DNA of 64,000 bases from NCBI GenBank assembly GCA_965197425.1, contig CBDANC010000012.1, positions 153,077 to 217,076 on the forward strand. The letters run 5' to 3'. Position numbers and translations under genes: made by a program. This document shows positions 41,781 through 52,192 of the stretch, in pieces. This stretch comes from Bdellovibrionales bacterium. GTDB taxonomy: Bacteria; Bdellovibrionota; Bdellovibrionia; Bdellovibrionales; JAUICD01. Under the pieces are notes generated by a model. That model made no database searches, was not told where the DNA came from, and was given only the letters and a program-made list of their open reading frames with translations. The first letter of the stretch is position 1; every line of letters begins with the position of its first letter.

Positions 41781-42560
41781 TCACCTATTTTTGTTATATA
41801 GCAAGTTGTAGGCTCGTATATCATTGGAGCTTAGTTCTTCTATTATCTCAAAGCTTTCGAAATTTTCTTGCATAAGACTTGAATTGCCTTCCACATGCTC
41901 TACGCCTAATAGATGTCCAAGTTCATGTGCTATAACAGTCCTAAAATGTCCAAACTCAGTAGGTTTATTATAAGCAAGGTTTTCTACCAAATGTTGGGCA
42001 AATACTTTTTGGACAGGATTGGAGTCAATATTGCAATCTATACAGTCAAAAAATAACTTATTTGCATTGATAATAACATTACCTTTAATAAATACTTCCG
42101 TATCTGAATCAACCCATACAAAAGTTATAGCAAGAGCGTCTTCAAGATTGTTGTTGTCCACAAAAAAATCTTTATTCCACTGAATAATAGTAGCTCCCTC
42201 TTCTATATTTGATTCGTATTGTTCTATATTGCTATACTCAATAACATTAAATATATTCTTTCCTACACCATGTTCCCAAATTGAGGTAGCTTCATTTATC
42301 AGACTTACAAATCTATCATAGACTTCAGGGTCTGGATCTAAATCAAAAAAACTTTTACCTAACAACAAATCTATTGATGTTTCAGATTTGTTTTTTTTGT
42401 AATTTATTAGTTCCGGTGTTGGAGGTCTTAGAACATCCAGACTGTTACTTAGAGTTGAGTGTCTGTTGTTGGAATTAATGATTAACTGTAATTCCTGTGC
42501 GTGTATTTGTTGTGAATAAAGCTGGCTACAAAGTAACAGAACAAATGAATATAATTTCAA
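41781..42560 (-). CDS. Secreted matrixin-family (metzincin) metalloprotease
   Basis: Signal peptide; HELGHLLGVEH and Met-turn SLM. Confidence 0.85.
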   Translation of the reverse strand: MKLYSFVLLLCSQLYSQQIHAQELQLIINSNNRHSTLSNSLDVLRPPTPELINYKKNKSETSIDLLLGKSFFDLDPDPEVYDRFVSLINEATSIWEHGVGKNIFNVIEYSNIEQYESNIEEGATIIQWNKDFFVDNNNLEDALAITFVWVDSDTEVFIKGNVIINANKLFFDCIDCNIDSNPVQKVFAQHLVENLAYNKPTEFGHFRTVIAHELGHLLGVEHVEGNSSLMQENFESFEIIEELSSNDIRAYNLLYNKNR

Positions 42561-42728
42561 TTGAACCCCCAGGTGTTGCGTGCACGTATATTACAATGAT
42601 CATGCTTTCTAACGGTTTTTGCAATGATGCAAATAGTCGCACACGACTATAGTTTTATTGGGAAATCATCCGTTGTAATAAACTATGTTTGTGATAAACA
42701 CCACAGGTGTGTAGAGGACTATGAGTTT

Positions 42729-42814
42729 GATGACACGTGTTGTGGTGCTGGACAACCACGCGGCAAAATAATTAGGCAAAGCCTCCTTATTTTTTGCCTC
42801 GTTAAGAAGGTCTT
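42729..42814 (-). repeat. Degenerate family C element
   Basis: GGACAACCACGCGGCAAAA...AGGCAAAGCCTCCTTATTTTTTGCCTC matches 50704-50755. Confidence 0.82.
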
Positions 42815-42819
42815 TGGAT

Positions 42820-44145
42820 ATGAAAAACTTTAAAAATATTCATTTTATAGGAATTGGTGGCGTAGGCATGAGTGGCTTAGCTGAGCTGGTTTATTTATTG
42901 GGGGTTAAGGTCACCGGGAGTGATATAGCACGAAGTGAAAATACAGACAGACTAGAGAAACTTTGTGTTAAGATCACTTTTGGGCATAAGAAAGACAACG
43001 TTGAAAATCCTGATACCGTAGTTTATTCAAGCGTGATTAGACCTGACAATCCAGAAATTTTAGAGTCACAGAGTAGAAACATACCCACAATATCAAGAGC
43101 TGATTTACTGGCACTTATGATGAGTCTTAAAAAAAGTATAGGTATAGCTGGTAGCCATGGAAAGACAACTACCACTAGTATGCTAGCTTCAATTTTAATA
43201 AAAAGTGATTTTGATCCAACAGTTGTTGTAGGAGGCAGATTAAATTTGATAAAAAGCACAGCAAGGTTGGGTCGTGGACCTTGGCTTATTGCGGAGGCAG
43301 ATGAAAGTGACGGAAGTTTCATAAAACTTTCACCAGAGATAGCAGTAATTACTAATATCGATAATGACCATCTGGATCATTATGGTAGTATGGATAAATT
43401 AAACGAATATATGAGGAAGTTTGCAAAAAAGGCAAAAACTTCAATAGTAAATACTCAAAATTCAAATATATTTGATGGTTTGGAGAACATAATTACTTGT
43501 GGGTTTGAGCCTGAGAGTGACTATAGACTAGAAAAGATACCTAACAAAAACTGGATCTATACAGCTTACAAAGGCCAAAAGAAGTTATTTCAATTTAGTG
43601 CTTGTGGTGATTTTAATGCATTAAATGCTCTGATGGCCATAGCTGTGGCGCTAGAAATTGAGATAGATAAAGATAGTGTACAAAATGGTATAAGTAATTT
43701 TGGTGGTCTTGATAGAAGATTTGAGTTTAAAGGTGAGCATAAAGAGATTTTATTTTATGATGATTATGCCCACCACCCAACTGAGATAAAAAGCATTCTA
43801 AGTGCGTTGAAGCCTAGCAAAAAGCTGGTAGTTGCATTTCAGCCTCATAGGTACTCCAGAACTCAAATTTGTTGGGATGAATTTACAAAAAGTTTTGATA
43901 AAGCAGATAAGTTTTTTTTATTTGATATATATCCTGCAAGTGAGTTTCCAATAAGGGGGATCACTTCTGAGAAACTTTTTGTAGACATCCAGCATAAGGA
44001 TAAAAAGTATTTTAAATCTTTCAAAGATGGTGCAAGTTCTATAGCAAAAGAGCTCGAACCTGGAGATATTTTTCTAACCTTAGGAGCAGGAGATATATAC
44101 ACAATCGGTGATATGGTAAAGGGTATATTGTGCAAACAAAAGTAA
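42820..44145 (+). CDS. murC: UDP-MurNAc-L-alanine ligase
   Basis: GIGGVGMSG, GSHGKTTT, EADESD, DDYAHHPTE, FQPHRYSR. Confidence 0.97.
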   Translation: MKNFKNIHFIGIGGVGMSGLAELVYLLGVKVTGSDIARSENTDRLEKLCVKITFGHKKDNVENPDTVVYSSVIRPDNPEILESQSRNIPTISRADLLALMMSLKKSIGIAGSHGKTTTTSMLASILIKSDFDPTVVVGGRLNLIKSTARLGRGPWLIAEADESDGSFIKLSPEIAVITNIDNDHLDHYGSMDKLNEYMRKFAKKAKTSIVNTQNSNIFDGLENIITCGFEPESDYRLEKIPNKNWIYTAYKGQKKLFQFSACGDFNALNALMAIAVALEIEIDKDSVQNGISNFGGLDRRFEFKGEHKEILFYDDYAHHPTEIKSILSALKPSKKLVVAFQPHRYSRTQICWDEFTKSFDKADKFFLFDIYPASEFPIRGITSEKLFVDIQHKDKKYFKSFKDGASSIAKELEPGDIFLTLGAGDIYTIGDMVKGILCKQK

Positions 44146-45008
44146 GTTTAAAAAAATATTCTTCTTGGGGAGTTGGAGGCTATGCAGATTTTTTTTGTGA
44201 ACCAACAAGCCTAGAGGAGTTGGCAGAAGCTGAAGCTATAGCAAAAAAAAGAAACCTAAATTTAACAGTTATAGGAAGGGGTACAAATTCTCTTATATCT
44301 GATGAAGGTATAGATGGGCTGGTGATTTGTACAAGAAAACTTGTTGGAATCAGAGAGTTTGTTAACAAAAAACTTAGGCTTGAGTGTTTAGCTGGAACTC
44401 CTAAAATTTTAGTTAAAAAAAAGTTTTTAGATCATGGCCTTTCCCCTGCCCTTTTTTTAGCTGGCATTCCTGGGGATGTTGCAGGAGGAGTTGTTATGAA
44501 TGCCGGAGTTAGCGAAATAATAACTCCAAATGAGTTTGGACAAATTGTAGATTGGGTTGAAGTTGTAGAGAACGGAGTAATAACAAGAATAGAAGCATCG
44601 GATATAGAATGGACATATAGAAAGTCTAAAATTCCAGCTCCTGGGATAATAACAAAGGTTTCTGTAAGTTGGAAGATGAACAAGATGGACGGTTTAGAAA
44701 AACAAATGCAGGAGGCTGCAAAAAATAGGTTAAAAAAACAACCTTTGGATGAGAAAAGTTGTGGCTCTGTCTTTGTAAATCCAAAATCAGGTAAAGCAGC
44801 AAAGTTCATTGAAGAGTGTGGGTTAAAAGGCTTTAGAGTAGGAGGTGCGATGGTAAGTACCAAACATGCTAACTTCATTATAAATAAAGAAAATGCCAAA
44901 GCTACAGATATAGACAAAATCATAAAACATATAAAAAATACTGTTTTTACAAAAAAGAAAATAAAACTAGATTGTGAGATAAAATATATAGGTAGATGGC
45001 AAACTTGA
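44130..45008 (+). CDS. murB: UDP-N-acetylenolpyruvoylglucosamine reductase
   Basis: GIPG..GG..MNAG, QP...SCGSVF.NP, KHANFI. Confidence 0.95.
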   Translation: MQTKVSLKKYSSWGVGGYADFFCEPTSLEELAEAEAIAKKRNLNLTVIGRGTNSLISDEGIDGLVICTRKLVGIREFVNKKLRLECLAGTPKILVKKKFLDHGLSPALFLAGIPGDVAGGVVMNAGVSEIITPNEFGQIVDWVEVVENGVITRIEASDIEWTYRKSKIPAPGIITKVSVSWKMNKMDGLEKQMQEAAKNRLKKQPLDEKSCGSVFVNPKSGKAAKFIEECGLKGFRVGGAMVSTKHANFIINKENAKATDIDKIIKHIKNTVFTKKKIKLDCEIKYIGRWQT

Positions 45009-45152
45009 TTGCTATGTGTCATGTAATACATGTCATATGGTGTTGTCTTATGTTGATAATTACAGGCTAATATTAATGGTGAGCAATTAGCCCTAGTTTA
45101 TGCGGTATGGGAGAGTTGCCAAAACAGTTTATAAGTTTTAGTCTCTTTTTCT

Positions 45153-45962
45153 ATGTATTATTTTTTGTTATTAATTTTATCTTTATTTAATTTTTCTTAT
45201 GTTTTTGCATATGTACCCAACTCTGATTTTATTTTAAAAGAAGTAGTTAAAAACAATGGTGATGGGAATTATGAGATAAAAAAACAGTTATCCTTTGGTG
45301 GCTTAAATAACACAATTGTTACTGAGACATGGAATATAACAAGTGCTAAACAAATGCATTTGGTGGCTGTTGGCAAAGATATTTATGTCGATCGCTATTA
45401 TGAATATCCTTTTGTCCATGAAAAGATCAGAGGCAAGATAAGAAGGTTAAGTTGGCCTGATGAGTTTTTCGAAGATTTATTTTCTGCTAGATCTCTTAAC
45501 CATTTTAAAAATCTTATAGTAAAAAAATCTCTTACTAGCCGGCAGGTGTTGAGGTGGGATCCAACTTCAAAAGCTGGTGATAAAATTATTCTTACTCAGA
45601 ATGAAGCCAAAACAAATTATACATATTTGAGAACTCCACCATCTAGAAATGATTTGATAAAAATGTCGCAACTTAAATATAAAAAACCAGGGCTATGGAT
45701 CGAGCAAGACAAGTTTGTGATAAGCAAGATTGGTTTACCAAAAGCTATGGTGGTTGCTGAAGACTATGCAGAGTTTTCAAAAAACTTATTATTTCCAAAA
45801 AACAGACATGTTAAGTATGGTCAGTATGAGACCACAATCAGTGTAGTGGGTCTCAGCTTCAGGTCAAAGGGTTTGATTCCATTACGAGAATTTAGACAGA
45901 AGGTCAAAAATACATCTTTTAATAATGATAAAGTAGCTCTTTTCTACAAGAGGTTTAGGTGA
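45153..45962 (+). CDS. Secreted hypothetical protein
   Basis: Signal-peptide-like N-terminus; overlaps the priA start. Confidence 0.6.
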   Translation: MYYFLLLILSLFNFSYVFAYVPNSDFILKEVVKNNGDGNYEIKKQLSFGGLNNTIVTETWNITSAKQMHLVAVGKDIYVDRYYEYPFVHEKIRGKIRRLSWPDEFFEDLFSARSLNHFKNLIVKKSLTSRQVLRWDPTSKAGDKIILTQNEAKTNYTYLRTPPSRNDLIKMSQLKYKKPGLWIEQDKFVISKIGLPKAMVVAEDYAEFSKNLLFPKNRHVKYGQYETTISVVGLSFRSKGLIPLREFRQKVKNTSFNNDKVALFYKRFR

Positions 45963-47929
45963 CAGGTAAAGAGTGTTTTTTTGAAGTGGCAGTAGAGGCA
46001 CCAATATTTGAACCATTAACCTATTCAAGCAACTTAGATATAAAAGAAGGCATGTCAGTTACAGCACCTTTGGGATCACGGAAGGCAAATGGCATTGTAT
46101 TAAATAAAACAACTAAAAAACCTTTTAAGTTAAAATCAATAGATAGTATTAGAGATGATCTGCCCGTAATAAACAAACCTTACCTGGATTGGGTTAAGTG
46201 GCTATCCTCCTACTATGTATATCCAATAGGTCAGGTGTTTAAAAATACAACTCCAAGCCTAAAAAAAAAAATTACTACACTAAGTCCAGCACTAGACAAG
46301 ACAAAAAAAGAAACAGTATTAAATAAAGCTCAACAAAAGATAGTAGATTCTATAAAGCTCTGCGGTTTTGATGTCCATTTGATACATGGAATAACAGGTT
46401 CTGGAAAAACAGAAGTTTATTTAAGTTTAATTGAGCAAGTTGAACATCAGGTATTAGTATTGGTTCCTGAGATTTCCTTAACTCCCCAATTAGTTTCTAG
46501 ATTTAGAGAGAAGTTTTCAGATGATGTATCAGTAATTCATTCTAGATTGACAACAAGAGAGAGAACAAATCAATGGTGGAATGTTATAGATAGAAAAACC
46601 AAAATACTGGTGGGTGCAAGATCTGCCATTTTTTGCCCAATACAAAAAATAGGTTTGATAATTGTAGATGAAGAACATGATGCAAGTTTCAAACAAAATG
46701 AAGGTTTTAGATATAATGCAAAACATGCAGCAATAATGTTAGCTAAACTACATGATTGTCCGATCATACTTGGCTCAGCAACTCCTAGTGTTGAAAGTTG
46801 GTTTAACACGAAACGAAGCTACAAGTTACACACTTTGTCTAGTAGGTTTGGTGGCGCAAAACTACCAAAAGTAATTTTAGAGGATATGACAAAAAACCAA
46901 GAAAAATCTCTACCTTCCTGGTTAAGCAAAACATTGTTTGATAAAATGAATGTACACTTAAACTCGAATCGCCAAGTAGCTTTGTTTTTAAACAGAAGAG
47001 GTCAGTCTTATTTGATTTGTTGTCCCGAATGTGGTGAAGGGGTCAAGTGCCCAAACTGCTCTGTATCTTTAATAAGGCATGGAGATAAGCATTTGGTTTG
47101 CCACTATTGCAACTATCATAAAAATTTTGGAAAATGTGACTACTGTAATCTTGATTCTTTAAAGGTAGTAGGTATTGGTACTGAAGGAATCCAAAAAGAT
47201 TTAGAAGAGTTATTTCCTAATCATAAAATTATAAGAGCTGATAGAGATGTTATAAGTAACAATCAGCAGCTAAATGAATTTATCAAGACTGTAGAACAAA
47301 ACAAAGCAGATATATTGGTGGGCACACAGATGATCTCTAAGGGTCTTAATTTTCCTAACCTTACTTTAGTAGGGGTGGTTAGTTTAGATATGAGTATGAA
47401 CATGCCAGACTTTAGGGCAGAGGAGAAGACGTTTCAACTTTTGTTACAAGTGTCAGGTAGAGCAGGAAGATATGGCACTCAAAGTGAAGTTGTTATTCAA
47501 ACCCTAAAGCCACAAGATGAGATCTTAAACATGGCTACCTCTTATGAATATGATCTTTTTTTTAAAAGAGAGTTGAAGATAAGAAAAGCACTTTTTTATC
47601 CTCCGTATGGACGACTTGCCATGGTAAGAGCAACGGGCATAAATGAAAAAAAAGTGATAAGCACCATTCAGCAAGCAGCAGCACTTGCAAAAAATATAAG
47701 AGGAGAAGTTGGATGGTTTGACATACTAGGGCCAGCACCGTCTCCTATTTCTAAGTTGAGAGGAAAATATAGATTTCAAGCATTGCTAAAAGCAAAAAGA
47801 AATACTGGCAAAGATGTTAATACAAAAAAAGTTAATTTAAGTGAAGTTTGTTTTAAAATAAGAAAAGAACTAAAAAAGCATCCAGGAGTTAGACTGTCTT
47901 TTGATATAGATCCTATAAACACATTGTAG
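45959..47929 (+). CDS. priA: Primosomal protein N'
   Basis: GITGSGKTEVY, DEEH, SATPS, Cys clusters, QVSGRAGR, DIDP. Confidence 0.96.
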   Translation: MTGKECFFEVAVEAPIFEPLTYSSNLDIKEGMSVTAPLGSRKANGIVLNKTTKKPFKLKSIDSIRDDLPVINKPYLDWVKWLSSYYVYPIGQVFKNTTPSLKKKITTLSPALDKTKKETVLNKAQQKIVDSIKLCGFDVHLIHGITGSGKTEVYLSLIEQVEHQVLVLVPEISLTPQLVSRFREKFSDDVSVIHSRLTTRERTNQWWNVIDRKTKILVGARSAIFCPIQKIGLIIVDEEHDASFKQNEGFRYNAKHAAIMLAKLHDCPIILGSATPSVESWFNTKRSYKLHTLSSRFGGAKLPKVILEDMTKNQEKSLPSWLSKTLFDKMNVHLNSNRQVALFLNRRGQSYLICCPECGEGVKCPNCSVSLIRHGDKHLVCHYCNYHKNFGKCDYCNLDSLKVVGIGTEGIQKDLEELFPNHKIIRADRDVISNNQQLNEFIKTVEQNKADILVGTQMISKGLNFPNLTLVGVVSLDMSMNMPDFRAEEKTFQLLLQVSGRAGRYGTQSEVVIQTLKPQDEILNMATSYEYDLFFKRELKIRKALFYPPYGRLAMVRATGINEKKVISTIQQAAALAKNIRGEVGWFDILGPAPSPISKLRGKYRFQALLKAKRNTGKDVNTKKVNLSEVCFKIRKELKKHPGVRLSFDIDPINTL

Positions 47930-48127
47930 AAAATGCCAAAACCACTATTGCTCCTATTTTTTGCAAATAAAAGCGAGGCCTCCGCCATTACTCCTAGTGA
48001 TTGTATTGACAGGTTTCAAAAATAAGCGTAAAACCTTAAGTAATTCAAACAGTCATAAAGTTGCTATATATACTTAGATTGTAATAGACTTAAAATATAA
48101 TATACTACAAGTTTTGGGAGGCGTCGT

Positions 48128-50632
48128 ATGTTTTTTAGTAAACTAAAAAACTTTAGGTTCATGGTTTTATCTATTAGTTTTTTATTAGTTTCTTGTAATG
48201 ATTTTAAGTATAAAATTCCACTTTCTTTTGATCGTTTGGATGATGATACTGCAAATATACCTTTGGATGTTACTAATCCTGATATGCTTTCAAGGGATGT
48301 GCAGTCAGGTAGTCACTATAACCATGAAATCTCTAGGGACGATGTAGAAAAATATTTTAAGGATGCAGATCTTTCCACTCTTGAAATTACAGAAGGGCCG
48401 AATTGGCTTAGTTATGAGTTTGACAGACCTAGAAACCAAGCTTCTTTTTCAGGCAGCATACCTGAACTTCAAGCTAGCGAGATGCCTAAAACAATTGTAG
48501 TCAAAGGTGTAATTGAAGATTTGGAAGGTGCAGATCATAACTGGGAGTTTCCTCTTGTTATTAAAGAAGATACATCTCCTGTGATTTATACAAGGGATAT
48601 CTTATTATCCTTAGGCTCAGAGTTTAGGTTTAATTTTACTGAGGAAATGATAAGTGATTTAACTCAAGCTGAGGTGGATAATGAACAGTATGAAATAACT
48701 GTGATGGAGAAACCAGATTGGCTGGAAAAAGAGAATCAAAATAGTTTGTTGGGTATCGTACCTCATGTTGGTTTTAATGGCGCTGTGATAAGTGGCTTCA
48801 TTCATGATAGCACTGGAAATAAGTCTGAATGGTCATTTAATCTTTTAGCTCCAAGTACTTCTTTGAGTGTAAGTGATCACATTACAGAGGCTGGCAGTCC
48901 GTTTTCTGATCAGATATCTCTTAGAAAAGATGGGGTGCCTGATATAACGGAAGATAGACTTTCAGATGTAGAACTATATGTAACCAACCTACCATGTTGG
49001 TTGGGTTACACCTATGACTATGCTAACAAAACCATAACTTTTAGTGGTGTCCCTACAGATGATGACCTTGGAGATAATATTGTAGCTGGTGTGGTAGTAA
49101 ATGGATACAATGTATCATCCGGCTGGTCTTTTGAGGTTCATGTTATGGAGGATATTGCTCCAACAATTTCCTCATTGAGCATAGATGGAACAACCCCTAG
49201 TAGAAACCAAACCCCAACATTACTTGTAGGTTTAGAAAGATCAAACAAAAACACAGTTGTAAAAATCCATTCTGACCCTTCTTGTGAGATCGACATAGGT
49301 ACACTGTTACTAGATGATGTAAAAAAACAGGCTAGTATTACAATAGAGTCTAGGTTGTCTGAAGGAAACCATAACTTGTATGCCTCAGCAACTGACTTAT
49401 CCAACAAAAACATTAGTTGCTATGAATTGCCAGAACCCTATGTTGTGGATTTGAACAAGCCAGTTGTATCTGGTCTTGTAATTGAGACCTTGGAGCAAAA
49501 AAACAATGACAAAAATCCAAATTTAACTGTGCACTTTAATGGTGCTGACAGAGGTAGTGTTGTAAAGATCTTTGATAAAAATCAGTGTGTTAATCCTATA
49601 GCACAGACAAGGTTAGAGGATTCTACTGACAAAATAGATATTAAGTTAAATGATCTTCAAGATGGCGTACATACTTTTTATGCTAGAGTAATTGACTTTG
49701 CTGGAAATGAATCTAGCTGCATAAAAACTCCTGGTCCTTACAGATTAGATACCGAGGCCCCTTCTATTTTGTCCGCAGCTTTATTGGATACTACTCCTAA
49801 TACTGGTAAGACACCTACATTTAAAGTTACACTGCTATCTAGTTCTGGCTCTCATGTAAAGCTTTTCAGTGACGAAGCTTGCAGGAATGAACTTGGAATC
49901 GCAAGTGTTGGAGGTATAACTACTGCTGATGTGTTGGTAGATAAAGAGCTTAACGATGGCACACATACCATTTATGCACAAGCTTACGACTCTGCTGGGA
50001 ACGCCTCTTCTTGCACCCCCGGTGATAGACCATATGTTGTAGATACTTTTGAACCTGCATGCAGTATTACTGGTTTATCTGATTCCTATACACCTACTAA
50101 AGTTAAAACTTTCAATTGGACCGGGTGTGGTGAGTATCGATATATTGTTACAAGCGGTAGAGCACTTGATGACTCCGTAGTTTGGAGTAGATGGTCTACA
50201 CAATCATCTGCTCAAGTTGATGGTTTACAGAATGTAGATGATACATACTACCTGCATATTCAGGGTAGAAATGTAGATGAACTAGGCAATGTATCTGAGA
50301 TTTCTAGTTCTGTTGCTAGCACTCACATTGATGCCAAAAAACCTGAAGTGCTAGGTTTAAGAGACGATTCCATCACTCAGGTACAGAATCGAACATGGAG
50401 CTGGAGATGTGATGAAAGAAACTGTGTTTATCGCTATGAGATAACCACCTCTCCTACTGCACCTTCAATGACACATAAATATTCTGGGGTTACCAGTGTA
50501 AGCAAAAACTGTGGTGAAGGTACTTACTATTTACATGTGCAGGCCAAAGATTTAGCTGGCAATGAATCTTTAGTTGTAACCAAGAAGGTAGAGATGACCA
50601 GAAACGATGACCTTGATGACACGTGTAGGTAA
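48128..50632 (+). CDS. Ig-like repeat surface lipoprotein
   Basis: Lipobox LVSC; putative-Ig (P.WL...SG.P) and Big-type (DG.H..YA...D.AGN.S.C) repeats. Confidence 0.75.
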   Translation: MFFSKLKNFRFMVLSISFLLVSCNDFKYKIPLSFDRLDDDTANIPLDVTNPDMLSRDVQSGSHYNHEISRDDVEKYFKDADLSTLEITEGPNWLSYEFDRPRNQASFSGSIPELQASEMPKTIVVKGVIEDLEGADHNWEFPLVIKEDTSPVIYTRDILLSLGSEFRFNFTEEMISDLTQAEVDNEQYEITVMEKPDWLEKENQNSLLGIVPHVGFNGAVISGFIHDSTGNKSEWSFNLLAPSTSLSVSDHITEAGSPFSDQISLRKDGVPDITEDRLSDVELYVTNLPCWLGYTYDYANKTITFSGVPTDDDLGDNIVAGVVVNGYNVSSGWSFEVHVMEDIAPTISSLSIDGTTPSRNQTPTLLVGLERSNKNTVVKIHSDPSCEIDIGTLLLDDVKKQASITIESRLSEGNHNLYASATDLSNKNISCYELPEPYVVDLNKPVVSGLVIETLEQKNNDKNPNLTVHFNGADRGSVVKIFDKNQCVNPIAQTRLEDSTDKIDIKLNDLQDGVHTFYARVIDFAGNESSCIKTPGPYRLDTEAPSILSAALLDTTPNTGKTPTFKVTLLSSSGSHVKLFSDEACRNELGIASVGGITTADVLVDKELNDGTHTIYAQAYDSAGNASSCTPGDRPYVVDTFEPACSITGLSDSYTPTKVKTFNWTGCGEYRYIVTSGRALDDSVVWSRWSTQSSAQVDGLQNVDDTYYLHIQGRNVDELGNVSEISSSVASTHIDAKKPEVLGLRDDSITQVQNRTWSWRCDERNCVYRYEITTSPTAPSMTHKYSGVTSVSKNCGEGTYYLHVQAKDLAGNESLVVTKKVEMTRNDDLDDTCR

Positions 50633-50768
50633 GCATAGCTTCCTTATTTTTGCCTCATTGAGAAGACCTTGATGAAAAGGATCAGCATCGTGTTAGAGAG
50701 CTGGGCAACCACTCGGCAAAAAAAAGTAGGCAAAGCCTCCTTATTTTTTGCCTCATTCGGAAGACCTT
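50615..50768 (-). repeat. Family C elements: one full (50679-50768) and one partial (about 50615-50670)
   Basis: Reverse complement AAGGTCTTCCGAATGAGGCAAAAAATAAGGAGGCTTTGCCT...TGGTTGCCCAGCTCT...CACGATGCTGATCC; TTTTCATC precedes both copies. Confidence 0.9.
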
Positions 50769-50769
50769 G

Positions 50770-51618
50770 ATGAAAAATGAAGGTTATTTTGGAAAGTCTC
50801 CTAGACTGTTTTGGAGGTCCTGGGAACAGCAAGATTTTCAGTATATTTTTGTAGTAGTGCATGGCTTTGGGGAGCACTCAGCTAACTACGAAAAATTATT
50901 TAATGGTCTAAGATTACCTTTAAAACTTTATGCATTTGATCTTTTAGGACATGGTAAATCTGAAGGTAAACGTGGGGTTGTAAGCAGTTTTTCAGATTAC
51001 ACGGATGGACTTAAAACATTTCTTCAGATTGTAAAAAAACAAAATCCAAGATTTCCAATTTTTTTGGTAGGACATTCTATGGGTGGACTAGTTGTAATAA
51101 AATATTTATTAGAAAACCCTAATGAAACCATAAAAGGAATTATACTTAGCTCACCGCTTTTAGGTTTAACATTGTCAGTATCTGGATTCAAAAAGGTTCT
51201 GGGAAATTTATTAAGTAAATTTATTCCCAGCCTTGTTTTAGATAGCGGCATAAAGTATGGTCGCCTTATAAAAGATGAAGAGATTATGAATGAGTATAGA
51301 CAAGATAAGCTCAGACACAAGGTGATGAGCACTAGATTATTTACGGAAATGCAAAAAACAATTAAATTTGTGTTGGGCAAAGGGAATACCGTGCCTAATG
51401 AAGTGAAAAAATGTTTGCCAGCCCCTCTATTGGTTTTGAGGGGCTTGGGTGATAAGGTGGTAAGTACTCCCGCCATAGAAAAATTTTATGATCTTATAAA
51501 AAGTCCCAAAGATATAAGACGATATGGTAATACCTTACATGAGCCTTTTAATGATATTGAAAGACAATTAGTTTATGATGATATCAGAAAATGGGTTAGT
51601 AAGGTTAGACTACAATAA
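50770..51618 (+). CDS. Alpha/beta hydrolase (lysophospholipase-like)
   Basis: HGFGEH, D..GHGKS.G, GHSMGG, HE. Confidence 0.9.
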   Translation: MKNEGYFGKSPRLFWRSWEQQDFQYIFVVVHGFGEHSANYEKLFNGLRLPLKLYAFDLLGHGKSEGKRGVVSSFSDYTDGLKTFLQIVKKQNPRFPIFLVGHSMGGLVVIKYLLENPNETIKGIILSSPLLGLTLSVSGFKKVLGNLLSKFIPSLVLDSGIKYGRLIKDEEIMNEYRQDKLRHKVMSTRLFTEMQKTIKFVLGKGNTVPNEVKKCLPAPLLVLRGLGDKVVSTPAIEKFYDLIKSPKDIRRYGNTLHEPFNDIERQLVYDDIRKWVSKVRLQ

Positions 51619-51633
51619 ACTGTTATAAAGAGA

Positions 51634-52188
51634 ATGAGTATGAATAAGTCAAAAAGCAAGCTTGTAGCTTTAATAAGAAAGCATGGTTTAAAGCGAGGCA
51701 ATGTTACTTTGGCATCTGGCATTTCAAGTGATTTTTATGTTGATATGAAAAATATTCTGTTACTACCTCAGGGAATCAACATAATTTCTCAAATGATCCT
51801 GGAATTTTTGAAGAATAAAACAGTTATTGGTATTGGGGGTACATCGCTTGGTGCAATGCCTATTAGTGTTGGAGTATCTATAATGTCTCTAAAAGAATTT
51901 GATCATCCACTAAAAGCTTTTTTTATCAGAAAAGAGTTAAAAACCCACGGTATGAAAAGGTGGGTTGAAGGACTTGATAACTTTAAAAAAGGTGATAAAG
52001 TTTGGATAATGGAGGATGTTGTAACTACTGGAGGCTCTAGTTTGCACGCAGTCTCTAAAGCTAGAGACGCAGGCTTAAGTGTTTCAGGCATTATTACATG
52101 TGTGGATCGAAAAGAGGGTGGAGGAGATCTAATAGTAAGCAGAGGTTTGGAATATTTACCACTGATAACTAAATCTGATCTAGTATAA
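51634..52188 (+). CDS. pyrE: Orotate phosphoribosyltransferase
   Basis: TLASG..S.FY.D, RK..K.HG, EDVVTTGGS. Confidence 0.93.
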   Translation: MSMNKSKSKLVALIRKHGLKRGNVTLASGISSDFYVDMKNILLLPQGINIISQMILEFLKNKTVIGIGGTSLGAMPISVGVSIMSLKEFDHPLKAFFIRKELKTHGMKRWVEGLDNFKKGDKVWIMEDVVTTGGSSLHAVSKARDAGLSVSGIITCVDRKEGGGDLIVSRGLEYLPLITKSDLV

Positions 52189-52192
52189 GTCT

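Noticed and set aside
47933..48025. 30-codon ORF after priA (MPKPLLLLFFANKSEASA...)
   Set aside because: Could be a signal-peptide gene remnant, but it is too short to support.
50695..50745. c-di-GMP-I riboswitch (GGGCAACCACTC...GCAAAGCCTCC resembles the GEMM 5' half)
   Set aside because: The GAAA-capped stem, the GACGCAAAG context and the P3 arm are missing; the segment is explained by the C-element hairpin.
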